The notes under the pieces were generated by a model. That model searched no databases. It was given only the letters and a program-made list of their open reading frames with translations, and was not told the origin of the DNA. Of a stretch of DNA of 64,000 nucleotides, positions 22,792 to 34,587 are shown piece by piece (the stretch's first letter is position 1; every line of letters starts with the position of its first letter). Source of the stretch: Octopus vulgaris (lineage: Eukaryota). The DNA lies in contig OX597823.1 of the NCBI GenBank assembly GCA_951406725.2, positions 5,332,001 to 5,396,000 of the forward strand, in the 5' to 3' direction. The translations under genes were made by a program, and so were the position numbers.

Positions 22792-24269
22792 TAAAGGCCA
22801 AGAACTACAGACCTATCTCTCTGACCCCACACATCAGCAAGGTCATGGAACGAATAGTCAGAAGGAAACTAATCACCTTCCATGAAGAAAATGACTTGCT
22901 GCCTGACACCCAACATGGTTTCCGACCAGGAAGAAGCTGCTTAACTCAGCTCCTACAACACTATGACTGGGTGCTGAAATGACTGCTCAACCACTCAAAT
23001 GTGGAAGTCATATATCTCAACTTTGCAAAGCCTTTGATAAAGTCGATCATGGAATGCTATGTCACAAACTGCGTGATCTTGGCATAGTTGGAAAATTGGG
23101 AGAGTGGCTTCATGACTTTCTGAAGGATAGAAGTCAGGTGGTAGTAGCCAATGGGGCCACTTCCACTAACACGCAAATAGTGAGCGGTGTTCCGCAGGGT
23201 ACTGTTTTGGGACCACTACTGTTCATAATGGCCCTCTCAGACATGCCCTCAGCCACGATCACAAGTTATACAGATGATACAAAAGTTTCACAGGCAATAC
23301 AGAACCCTGAAGACACTAAGCACCTGCAATGTGAGCTGGACAAAATATACAAGTGGGCTGAAAAGAATAGCATGCAGTTCAATACTGAAAAGTTTCAAGC
23401 TTTATGCTATCAGCACACAAAACTAAATGCAATACCCAATAAATACACTGGACCTGGAGGGACTGCAATCCCAGAGGCACAATCAGTGCGAGACCTGGGT
23501 ATTTACATGAGTGATGATGCAACCTTTCATGTGCATGTTGCTAAATTGGCAATGAAATGTAGGCAGCTGACCGGATGGATTCTTAGAACCTTCAGAACGA
23601 GAGACCAGGAAACCATGATGGTCCTCTGGAGGACACTTGTCCTAAGCTACTTTGACTATTGCTCTCAGCTATGGTCACCATCCAGTGTCAAGTAAATCAC
23701 AGAACTTGAGGCGATCCAACGAAGCTACACGAAGAAGATAGCCTCTGTGCAGCATATAAGCTATTGGGAAAGACTCAAGAGATTAAGACTCTATTCCTTA
23801 GAGCGTAGGCGAGAAAGATATGCCATAATATACATCTGGAAGATCCTAGAAGGACTTGTCCCAAACTTTGGCATTGAGAGTTACACAAATGCCAGAACTG
23901 GGCGCCACTGCATAGTGCCAAGGACTCCAAATTTGCCATCAAGATGTAGGACAAGATACTGTGATAGCCTGGGCTTCTGAGGCCCACAGCTCTTCAATAT
24001 CCTCCCGAAGAACCTAAGAGACCTACATGGGATGGATGCAGATGTCTTTAAAATGAAACTGGATCTCTTCTTGTCAGGTATCCCAGATGAACCAACTTCA
24101 CGGCAGGAGGTACAGATGAGGGCAGCTGCATCGAACTCTCTCATGCACCAAATGGCATTTGCTAAAAAGCATTCGTGAAGTAAAATCATGTAGCAACACC
24201 AAATGGCGGTGCCCCAGCATGGCCACAGCTTGTGAGCTGAAACTAGATAAATATAAAAAAAAAAAAAAT
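22792..24269 (+). mobile_element. 5'-truncated CR1/L2-group LINE (RT to 3' tail)
   Basis: NYRPISLT, QHGFRPGRSC, KAFDKVDH, SGVPQGTVLGPLLF, YTDDTK, VRDLGI, LYSLERRRER; stops and frameshifts; A-rich tail. Confidence 0.93.
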
Positions 24270-24270
24270 A

Positions 24271-24560
24271 TGTGTAGGCTTGAAATGTTAAGACTTTTTC
24301 ACTTCTCAAGTGTTAAACTAATACATCTATTTGTTGTCTACACCGCCTGTGTTCGGCTTCTGTTTTTTTTGTGTGAATTCTCCCTATATCTATATATATA
24401 TATATATATATATATAGATAGATAGATAGATATAGGGAGAATTCACAAAAAAAAAAAACGGAAGCCGAACACAGGCGGTGTAGACATAACACTCAGGAAG
24501 TGAAAAAGTCTTAACATTTCAAGCCTACACTCTTCTACAGAAAGAAACAAGGAAAGAAAA
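24271..24560. repeat. Tail-to-tail inverted pair of a short repeat (probable Penelope pseudo-LTR) centred on (TA)n/(GATA)n
   Basis: 24271-24390 is the reverse complement of ~24430-24530, with one internal deletion. Confidence 0.85.
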
Positions 24561-25591
24561 AATATATGTATATGTATGTATGTATATACTAGCAGAAAGA
24601 CTGCCCTCTGGATGTTTTTCTGCTAGCCCCTTGATAATATTTTCACGTTTGATTCCCAATTCTAATCATTTTTGTATTTTATGTCTAATTATTTCTTTGT
24701 ATAACAGAGCTCACTCGCTTAGTAAATATTCTTTTATTATTCTCTCACAGTCATAATTTTGACATCCAGAAAAAGGGTACTTTTTAACAAAATTGTCTAC
24801 AAATACCACTTAGATGTTGTAGCTTCAGAGTACAATAGGGATTTATGGGAGAGAATACTTCCAAGAGGTGGAGAGAAGAGTTTTGGAAAATTCACATGAT
24901 CTGACTTTTTTCCCTCTTTAATGAAAATTTATACAAATCGCTTTCAAATGGCATTGATTATGATTATAAAGAAATTTGTGGGGAAAATTTTTTTCAGGGA
25001 TTTTCCCTTTTTTTTTTTAACCACAGCCTTTGAAATGATGGGGAGGGGCATCTTTGTATGAAATAAGTTTTGTAAACATTTTTTACACCCCCTCCCTCAT
25101 CATCCCACTCTGGACCTATTTTGGCCAACTTTTTTTGCACTTCAAAACCATGGGAATTGCATTTTCGGTAAAATATTTAAAAGAAATTGCTAATATTTTC
25201 AGAGGGAAAAGTGAGTGATTTAAGGGCGATTTGGCAGTTGTTTCTAGCATATCCAAAGATAACTCTCCTTGTTTCTTTATCACTCTCACATGTATTGATG
25301 GTTTTCAATATCCGCCCCTCCCCTACATTTTATATGCTATAAAAAAGAAAATTTGAGAAATTATGAATTTTTGGCAACCCCATTCCCTGCCCCTAATTGT
25401 TTCTGCTCAGAAATTAAAATATTGAAGAGCCTGAGAAGGTCATTACTGGCATTTATCCACAGTGATTTTAAAAAATTACAGATATGTACTTGCATAGTAA
25501 GTGACTTGATTTGAGATCATTTGCTGAAACAAAAGCAGTTGCATCATAGATTTTTGTAAGCCATTCAAGAACATGCAGAAACCGTTTCACT

Positions 25592-25807
25592 GCACTACTT
25601 AAATATAGAGGTCCCGATGCATCTAAGTAATGATATGAAGGAGAGGGTTAGTTTTTAGGGTTAAGGTAAGGGCTGGTTTTAGGGTTAGGGTGTCATTACA
25701 CTTCCACACAGCGTATATTAAAATGTTTTGTACGTAACACCTGTATTTAATTAGTTCCTCTGTATTTTACTAGCACTGTTAAGGGACCTTTGTATTCAAG
25801 TAGTACC
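25592..25807. mobile_element. MITE with ~24-bp TIRs, 8-9-bp TSD and internal TTAGGG-like repeats
   Basis: TIRs GCACTACTTAAATATAGAGGTCCC and GGGACCTTTGTATTCAAGTAGTACC; flanks CGTTTCACT and AGTTTCACT. The uninterrupted host repeat is visible at ~32940-33005. Confidence 0.8.
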
Positions 25808-25837
25808 AGTTTCACTTCAATATTAAAATTTCATTTG

Positions 25838-25884
25838 TGTCAAAATATTTTCAGCGCTTTGAAACCGCAACCTGTTCACTGACG
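25838..25884 (-). ncRNA. Candidate minimal type I hammerhead ribozyme variant (G3-C8 core)
   Basis: Reverse complement: C-GUCA-GUGAACA-GGUUGCGGUUUCAAAGCGCU-GAA-AAUAUU-U-UGAC-A. Confidence 0.4.
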
Positions 25885-26795
25885 AGACTTCGCAACATGA
25901 AGTTGTCAGTGAACAGCAAACAGCCACACATGCACACACATTCATTGCCTTTCATTTGTGTGTATGTGTATCTATGTGTGTGCGCGAGTGTGTCACTGTT
26001 GAAGTCGCTCGTTCTACTTGTTTGTGTAAATATTGGTTTAGCGGTAAAGTGTGTTTGGAACTGTGAATAAGGTGTATGTTTCGAGTACTTGTCGGTAACT
26101 TTTTTCTCTCTTTGTCTTCTAATAGTAATTTTGCAACTTTCTAGGCTCTTCTCACTGCTATCCCACATTCAAAAATTATACTGATATTTTAAAAATTTTC
26201 GTTCAATAAATGATAAATTACATATACATTAAAAGAATAAATTGTCAGTTTTCCAAATAGTGAATGGAAATTTAAAAGAGAAAGTTAAAGACTTTGCAAA
26301 TGAGAATGGAATATTCCAGTGAATGCAATGAATATTTAAATTTGCGAGAAATTTGAGTTAAAAAAATTCAAGAAACTTGAGAAATCAAAATTATATGCAA
26401 TTTCTTAGAGCATGGATTTATAAAAATATTTCCAGACAGTCAACCCTTTAATAATTACTTTCTTTTAGTACTTTTAGTAATTGTTACATACCTAATTGAT
26501 AAGCAGCTTTCTCCATTATCACATTCAAAGCCAGTGAACAGCAATTGACGAAACCAGTATGACTTTGAATCCCTTTAACAATTCAAAATAATGACTTTTA
26601 TTCCTCTTAATTCTACCTCAGTTCATCTAATTGTATATATTTATCGCTACTTTTCATAAAAAAAGCCTTTATTTTTTCATATCCAATGTGCATTTTTGCT
26701 TTTTTCTTCTTACTTTCCCCATATACCAACCACATGTAGTTAATTTTTCTCTTTGAAACCTATTTCTATTATACACACACACACACACACACATA

Positions 26796-26947
26796 CAGTG
26801 GTGATCACAGCTAACTAAAAAGTTAGCTTTGCTAACTGTTAATCCCCTAACTAAAAAAGTTAACTTTGCAAATGCTAAACCACTAAAAAAAATTAGCGGA
26901 AGTATTGTAAAGTGGTTCCCCCCACTGGTGTGATGTGTGACTGCCAT
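26796..26947. mobile_element. hAT transposon end with subterminal GCTAAC/GTTAGC repeats
   Basis: CAGTGGTG start followed by clustered CTAAC/GTTAG motifs. Probably the 3' end of the hAT whose transposase lies at 31262-32320. Confidence 0.5.
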
Positions 26948-27195
26948 TGTACTATAGTTGCTGTTTTATGCTAGTAGCCACAATAGTTACAAGTTATCAG
27001 ATACTATTATATTTCGTCATACTGGAATAGTAATATACTAACTTCCTCTCTCTTACTATCGCTGATAGCTCCGCAAGATACCAATTAGAGCTGTCAACTC
27101 TCAACCCTCTCTTGACAACTGGCTACTAGTCTATTTATAATGGCTGGTTCCTACCACTTTTTACCGAAAGGGGTATACAGTTTCACTATACAACA
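26948..27195 (-). mobile_element. 3' LTR of a Gypsy element
   Basis: TG...CA termini, adjacent polypurine tract (reverse complement AATTAAAAGGGAGA, 27196-27209), TATA-like ATTATAAATAG, and position directly downstream of the integrase. Confidence 0.7.
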
Positions 27196-27659
27196 TCTCC
27201 CTTTTAATTATTTTATTTACCAATCAATTTCTTTTATTCACCCCCACCTCCTCTTTTATATATATATATATATTAGGAAGGGCATCCATCCATAGAAACA
27301 TTGCCAGATCAGACTGGGCCTGGTGCAGCCTTCTGGCTTCCCAGACCCCAGTTGAACTGTCCAACCCATGCTAGCATGGAAAGCGGACGCTAAACGATGA
27401 TGATGATGATGATGATATATATATTCAATATCTTTTCTTCTTAGGGTCCACTTTTAGGAATTCAGTGTTCTTCCTTTTCCTTGCACATGTGGTTTCAACT
27501 TCTTGTAATGGTGCTGGATCCTGAAAAGTGTCATAGAGCCAATCCATCTGGATTTCTACTCTCGTTGGTTCCTTTTCTATGACTCTCTCCTTAAGCTGAT
27601 TTCTGTGTCTTCTTTCCATTCCATTTCTACTTCTTACACCATACATCATTCTTTCTATG

Positions 27660-28659
27660 TATTGGAAGTGCTTCACAAGGTTCCGAGCTGGAGATTGTAG
27701 CCTTATTGATAAAGAGCGATCAGGCAGACCATCCACTACAGATGATGACCAAATCAAGTCATTAATTGAGAATAACCTACATTGCACAACCTGAGAATTG
27801 GCAGAAAACCTCAACCTATCAAAATCAGTCATTCATGAGCACCTGGTAAAGCTTGGGTACACAAATCGCTATGATGTTTGGGTACCACATGAGTTGAGTG
27901 AGAAGAACCTATATACGGAATGAAAACACACCTTTTTTAAAGCAAATTGTGACAGGTGATAAGAAATAGATTATCTACCGAAATGTTCAGAGAAAGCAAT
28001 ACTGGAGTAAGCGACATGAGCCACCCTTAGCCACCCCAAAAGCGGGTCTTCACCCTAAAAAGTCTTGCTTTGTGTCTGGTGGGATTGGAAAGGAATTCTG
28101 TACTATGAGCTTCTCCCAAGTAACCAGACAATTAATTCTGAGAAATACTGCACACAACTGGACAAGTTAAAAGCAGCAATTCAAGAGAAACGTCCAGAAT
28201 TGGCCAACAGGAAGGGTATTGTTTTCCAACATGATTATGCAAGACCGCACGTTTCTTTGGGAACCAGACAAAAATTGCTGCAGCTCAGCTGGGATGTGTT
28301 ACCCCACCCTCCATATTCACCAGATATTGTTCCTTCGGATTTCCACTTATTCAGGTCTCTGCAGAATAGTCTTAATGGTAAAAATTTAAATTCCTTGGAT
28401 GACGTAAAAAGATACCTTGATGAATTCTTTGCCATGAAACCCCCTCAATTCTGGGAAGCAGGTATTTTCAAGTTAAAGGAAAGATGGAGATGCATTGTGC
28501 AACAAAATGGTTGTAAGATTTGGTATACTAGATATAATTATCTCTGATAACAAGATGTTCACATGTTCATATTTGGTTGATTAAAGATGTAATGGCAAGT
28601 ATTTATTGACCTTTTTCTTTCCTTTAAAAATCGGTATGAACTTTCCGGACAACCCAGTA
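27660..28659 (+). mobile_element. 5'-truncated mariner (DD34D) nested in the Gypsy element
   Basis: RSGRP, WVPHEL, VTGD, LCVWWDWKGILYYELL, FQHDYARPH and HPPYSPDIVPSDFHLF; right TIR ...GAACTTTCCGGACAACCCAGTA. Confidence 0.92.
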
Positions 28660-30812
28660 TAATACAATTTCTCCTTCTTCCCAGTATTGCTTGCTATTTT
28701 TGTACATATACCTTATGACCGATTGTAAGGAATTTTGGCATGTCTTTACTAGCAAGTTTATAGAATACTGACTTCACCTTTCTGGCAAGCATTAATTCTG
28801 CTGGTGAACTTCTTTCAGGAGCATTTGGGTTGGATCATGACCTCGTCTGTGGCTTCCTTATTAGAATTCTTTAAAGTTCTCTTAAAAGTGTCCACAAACT
28901 GTTCAGCCCTTCCATTCGATCTAGGGTGATATGGTGCTATAGTTTTATGTTCTAATATGAACATCTTGCAGAATCTTTTAAACTCACAGGATACAAACTG
29001 TGTTCTGTTATCAGAGATAATTATATCTAGTATACCAAATCTTGTGAACAGCTCGTGTAAGAAGTTTATTAATGTATACGAGGTTGGTTGTTTACACCTT
29101 GTGACCTCAGGCCATTTTGTGTAGCTGTCTACTACTGTTAAGTAATAATATCCCTTTACAGGACCTTCAAAATTGATATGCAATTGGGACCATGGTATTT
29201 TCACTTCTGGTCAAGGTTCACATTTTGTAGTAGGTAGCACTCATCTTCTGCAGCCTTTTACCAGGTTTTCATGCTTGGCCAGTATATGAAACTTCACATC
29301 AGTGCTTTCATTCTAGAGATGTCTGAGTGTCCCACATGGAACTCTTTTAGCATTTTCTTCTGTAATGTCTGTGGTAGGACCACCGTCTCAGCATACATTA
29401 GTACACCATCACATATAGAGTACACACTCACATCTTGGTGGTTCTTTGCGTCAGACCTTTCTTTATTTTCTTTTGTTGACCATAGTTTTCTTTTTGTCTC
29501 ATTTCTCGTATTTTTTATTTCTTCCCAAGCTACTGGTTGTTCATGCACGATGTTTCGCATCACTTTTTTTGTTTCCACTTCTGCTCTTAATGCTGCTATT
29601 ACAGTGTTCTCTAGCGGTTCTAATAAAGTCACAATTAATTTATGGGATCTGGACAAAACACGCCTGTGACTTTATTACTCTGACTTTTTTCTTGTGACAT
29701 TTTTTTTGCATTTTTTCATTTATGTGTAAAAAAAAGAAAATGGAGAAATTGACATATAGACATTGATTTATTATTTCTTGGAACTAACCTAGACAGACAA
29801 TTGGTGTGCCCCAACTTTTTTGAAGGCAGATATTCCATTCTATAATTGTAGTTTAATAGAATGGTACCCACCACTGCAGTCTGTTTGCTGTATGTGTCAG
29901 GATTCATTTTTTGGATCTGTATATCATTATTAAAAGTCTATGGTCCATTTGCAACCAAAAAACGTTGGCTGTGAATGAACCTGTGGATCTTTTTCATGTC
30001 AAATATGACAGCCACTGCCTCTTTTTCAATATGGCTTTAGCTCTTTTCCACCAGTAGTAGTGTCCTTGATGTGTGAGCTATGGCCTTTCTCCTGCCATCA
30101 TTATCCTTGTGTGGGAGCACGGTTCCTATCCCATACTCACTAGCATCTGTAGCTAGTACTATCTCTGATTTGGGGTCAAAATGCATAAGATACAACTCTG
30201 AAATTAACACATCTTTTAACTCGTTAAATGCTTTCTGGCATTTCTCTGTCCAAACCCATTTGGCATTTTTATTTTTAATTCAGTAATTCATTAAGTGGTA
30301 CCTGTACTTTATGTATATTTGGGATATACACTTGGTAAAAATTTACCAAGCCTAGGAATGCTTGTAGAATTGTCACATTCATTGGTGGTGTGGCATATTT
30401 CATTGTTGTTATTGTCCTTGATGCGTCCAACCTGTGTCCACTTTTGTCGATTACTTGACCTAGGTATTTTATTTTTTCCATAGCAAATTTGCATTTTTCT
30501 TCTGTCAGTTTTAGCTCATATTTACTTATTCTCTCGAATACTTACTTTATGTGTTTGACGTGTTGCACCCAAGACTCTTTATCAAAATGTTATCGAGGTA
30601 TGTGATGGTGAAATTGCAATCACTTAACATTGCACCCATTATTTATTGGAATATGGCAGGTGCCACTTTTACACCAAATGGCAGTTGTTTGAACTCGTAC
30701 AATCCACAGTGCATGTTCATTGTTGGTAGACAATGTGTGCCATCTTCCTCTAATTGAATTTGAAGGTATGCCTCGAAGAGGTCTAACTTGGAGAAAATTT
30801 TCCCTCCATTTA

Positions 30813-31139
30813 GGTAGGGGTTCTCAGGGAGTAGTGTCTCTGCCTTCCTGAACTAGTTTTCCTCCACATTTCTTAAAAACTGTGGTAGAGGTTTTGGTTT
30901 CAGGACCACTTGTGTCTAGAAACTGAAGTTGGGGCTAAGCAAGGGCATGCTCCCCATAGAAAATCTAGCTCCAAAAACGCCTCATGATAGCAAAGGAGAA
31001 CGGGCACCAGCTAGCCCAAAGGTTGGGGGTGGATTGCACCTGCTTACTTCAGTTGCTATTGGCATTGAGGTAGATCTGGCCACCACTGTTAACAGGGACA
31101 AAACCTAGACAAAACACTGGATGATGATGATGATGATGG
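30813..31139 (+). mobile_element. Non-LTR (RTE-like) 3' fragment inserted in the Gypsy RT
   Basis: (GAT)n tail and TTAG duplication. The RT reading (EEIFGKL-NGGKIFSKLD) is restored on removal. Confidence 0.7.
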
Positions 31140-31261
31140 TTAGTTTACCAAATATTTCTTCTGGGCTTGGTAGTGGGTAATTGTGTGTAAGTAAGCAGTT
31201 GTTTAATCCAGTTGAGAAGTCTGCACAAACTCTTAGTTTATTTATTTTTTTTTTTACATAG

Positions 31262-32320
31262 TCGCAGGGTGGCTCTCTTGGCTCTCAGAATATCCTTGTC
31301 TATAGAGAATAGTGCTCAGTTGTAGCACTGGATGGGATGGTGGTGTTATACTTGGGGAACAGGTTGGTCAAGACCTGTTCACCCAAAAATGTGACTTCAG
31401 TCAGGACCTTCTTCAAGATGGCCTCCAGCCAAGTCTTCACCAAGTTCTGTGCCTTGAACTTCAGTGACCTGTGGCTCCTGCCCTCCTGGAACTGAGTGAT
31501 GCTGCTGAAGAAATCATCTTCCTCATCCTCCTTGCTGGTGGTGCTGCTATCCTCCTCATTAGGGCTGTCTCTACAACAGTCTCCATGGCATTTGCTACTC
31601 TGCTAAGCTGACTGTTATTATACTGCTCCAGCCAGAACAGGTGAAACTTGGGCTGGAAGGCAGCAACCAGCTGGCACTCCAGGTCTTCTAGGAAGAACCC
31701 CAACCTTTTTGTGATGCCTGCCAGTATTGCGTCTACCAGAGGATTGCAATACAGGAGATGTTTGAACTTGGCGTCTTTCAGCTTCATGATGGTAGCTGCT
31801 ACAGTTGGCAGAAGGCTCCCAAGATAGGCCTGGTCCTCCCCTGGATTTTATCCAAGGCCTCAACAACATTAGACATCACCTGGGTGTACTGTATTCTTAA
31901 GGGCTGGCTGTGGGTGAGGCAGAGGTCGCTGAGGTTGAGAGCCAAGTGTTTCAGAACATGTGACCCTCACCTGGAGGGCTATTTTGTCCTCACATCAAGG
32001 GATAAGAGAAATACTAAAATCCAGTTCTTCCAGTGCGTCATGTGTCAGCCCAAGGAGACCACCATCAAGGGACAAACAGTGAGCCTGTCCAACTTGAAGT
32101 CGCATGTCAAGAGGCAACACCCAGTGCATGCCATCCAGTTTGAGGAGAGGATCAAGGCCAGCTCTTCCCTTAGGAAACACAGGCAATCTTCTAGTAGCAG
32201 TGCTTGTAGCCAGTCATCACAGCCATGTGCAAAGAAAACACCCCACCCAGCATTGGTGAGGCACTTGGCCAAACTGTTGGCACTGGTGTCTGTCAGACAG
32301 AAGGATTGTAGTCCTGTTTA
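31262..32320. mobile_element. Rearranged hAT (Ac/Tol2-like) transposase fossil
   Basis: Minus strand: C-terminal region (AILAGITKRL..LVAAFQPKF) and dimerisation motif KYNTTIPSSA. Plus strand ~31960-32200: BED zinc finger (QCVMC...SLSNLKSHVKRQH). Confidence 0.8.
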
Positions 32321-32399
32321 GGAAGAGGATGAAGAATTTTTTGCTTAGGCATAAATTGCACCTCATTGAACCTCTGTGTGTTCTATGTCTGTATGGTGC

Positions 32400-32885
32400 T
32401 GCTCTTTCTAAGACTGGCTGGTAGATTTTGAAAGGAGAGGGTTCTATTTTCTTTAACTGCCATATATATTTAGCCAGACTGGTTACATTGTACTGTATTC
32501 TTAAGGATTACAGGTGGGTGATTGGACCCTTTGTTGATATAATGTAGCTTTTCATTAGGCTTACGATATGCTTTAAATTTATGTACTTGTAAATCTAGGT
32601 TGATATCTAAAAAGTCTACACTATTTAGGTTTGTTTCTATGGTTATTCATTAGCCCATTCTTTGGAAGAAAGTGATGAGATTCTTCCTAAGCCTGTCTAG
32701 TTCATGCTTGTTCATATTATGGGTAACTATAGAGTTGTCATCCCTATATAATCCTGCATTTATACAAGGGAATTCTAGATGCAAGTTGTGTAAAATATAT
32801 GTAACTATAAGCATGCATAGTCCTGCCATTATGAATTTCTTAAAATCTAGGAACTTACTTAATCCATGGATTCAAAATTTATGAA
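32400..32885 (-). mobile_element. Penelope-like element RT fragment (YRDD type)
   Basis: GLYRDD and VDFLDINLDL..FKAYRKPNEKLHYINKGSNHPPVILK. Confidence 0.8.
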
Positions 32886-34556
32886 ACAAACTTATTCTCT
32901 ATTAATCATTTATTTGTAGCATAGAAGATGTTTGTAAGCCATTGAAGAACACACAAAATCTGTTAGTTTCACTTCAACATTTAAGTTTAATTTGTGTCAA
33001 AATATTTTTGACACAATTGTTTTTGTTTCAGCACAGTGTCTCAGATCAAGTCACTTGCTATGCAAGTACATTTCTGTAATTTATTTATTTACTATTAATT
33101 AATCTATTCTGGGCATGCATGATTTCTTTTTGACTCGAGTATTTTTTAATTCAAGATTTTCTCCGATATTATACTGCATGATATATATATGTATATTTAT
33201 ATTTACTGTTTCAGTTTACACACTCCCCCCCACAAAAAAAACATTAGCTTATGAGTAAATGAATGCTCTAGTATGCTTAATGAATTAGTTGCTGAGTATC
33301 CCACATACACTTTTACTCTTAACATAATTAGGTGCATGACAAAGCTTGTCCCACCAATTTTTTACTGTCACACCCGTTTCTCTTTGAAGGTGAAATGTAC
33401 GTTTTTTGTTTTTTGTCTTCTGTAGTTTTTGATGTGTTTCAAATGAACATGATCATCAGATACCACATGTTCTTTAATCTTAGTGAAATGCAGGGATAAA
33501 CTGAAGCACTTCTTCCTCGTCTTTTGACTCGGAATCTATATCCTGATGGGTAATTGGTCAGTAGTGGTCTAAGATACGTGGGTATAACTTGACCTCCTAA
33601 ATGAAGAAATGGTGAAGTATATTTTTCTTGTCTGTAATGGAAGAAATGAACAAATACCTTGCCAAATATTGCTATACATATTTTTATCAAACCATTGTTT
33701 TGCAATAGGAACTGCTTTTGGTAGAACACCATGAGCTCACAGAAAGTCAAAGCTTTTGCCATTATTCTCATAATCACCAATGTAGAACTAATAATTGAAA
33801 GTGCAGGTCTGATACGAAGCCAGGGTAGTACACAAGCTTATTCAAATTATTGAGTTTGCACACGAACATTAGATTTCTTGTAGGAGACTGTTTATCTGCC
33901 GTTTCTGACAGACCAAAGTACTGTATTTGCCCAAACCAAGCTTGGGCAACCTTTTTCAAGAAGTATGAGACATGGGTCATCACCAGGTGGGCCACATTAC
34001 TAAAAAAGTTAATGGTGTTAGGTACACCATTTACAATGTCCCAGTGGCAAGTTGTCCATGACTGATATAAACCTTCCACTCTAGACTGTCAGTGGCAGGG
34101 AAGGGGGTTAGTGGAAGAACGAGAGATTTCTGACAGTTGTCATGGTTAGTCATTGAAAACAAAACAAAAATTACTTCATCTTCAAAGTGAACTGAGTATG
34201 ATGGTAAAAGTTTACTCACAGTCCCTTTTAATTCAATTACAATTACAGTCAATCTAATGGGTTTCTACACAAGGCATGGGTTGACCCATGGTTTGCTATG
34301 TACCACACAGTGGGATTGAACTAGAACCAAATGATTTCTTAACCATTTCTGCCATGCTTGCACCCTTGTTGTTGGTAATGCTTTGAAGTCTTACATTCAT
34401 AGATGAACTTTCACTAATTCAGTCCCATTTGGGAATTTTAAATTCCATGAGCAACTAACTTCTGCATGGAAAAGCCCCTAACACACTTGTTCAATGTGCT
34501 AGAAATAGGAACCAGATCTCCCTCAAATCTCACAAAATAAAAGTTGTATTTCACTA

Positions 34557-34587
<31 letters not shown>

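Larger units (their letters stand above)
27425..31260 (-). mobile_element. Decayed Ty3/Gypsy pol (RT-RNase H-integrase), interrupted by a mariner and a (GAT)n-tailed insert
   Basis: RVCADFSTGLN..YPLP, FSKLDL..AYLQ, LPFGVKVAPAIFQ, YLDNILI, HHCC region FHVGH, VVDSYTKWPE, ISDNRTQF, PYHPRSNGRAE and RRHRNQLK. Confidence 0.92.

Noticed and set aside
24589-25450. Possible non-autonomous Helitron (CTAG end, helicase-like remnant)
   Set aside because: The hairpin and protein similarity are too degenerate to support a call.
33430-34260. Minus-strand ORF cluster, faintly like a Merlin/ISXO2 transposase N-terminus (FL.AHGVLP)
   Set aside because: No catalytic motif was found and the frames are broken, so it cannot be assigned.
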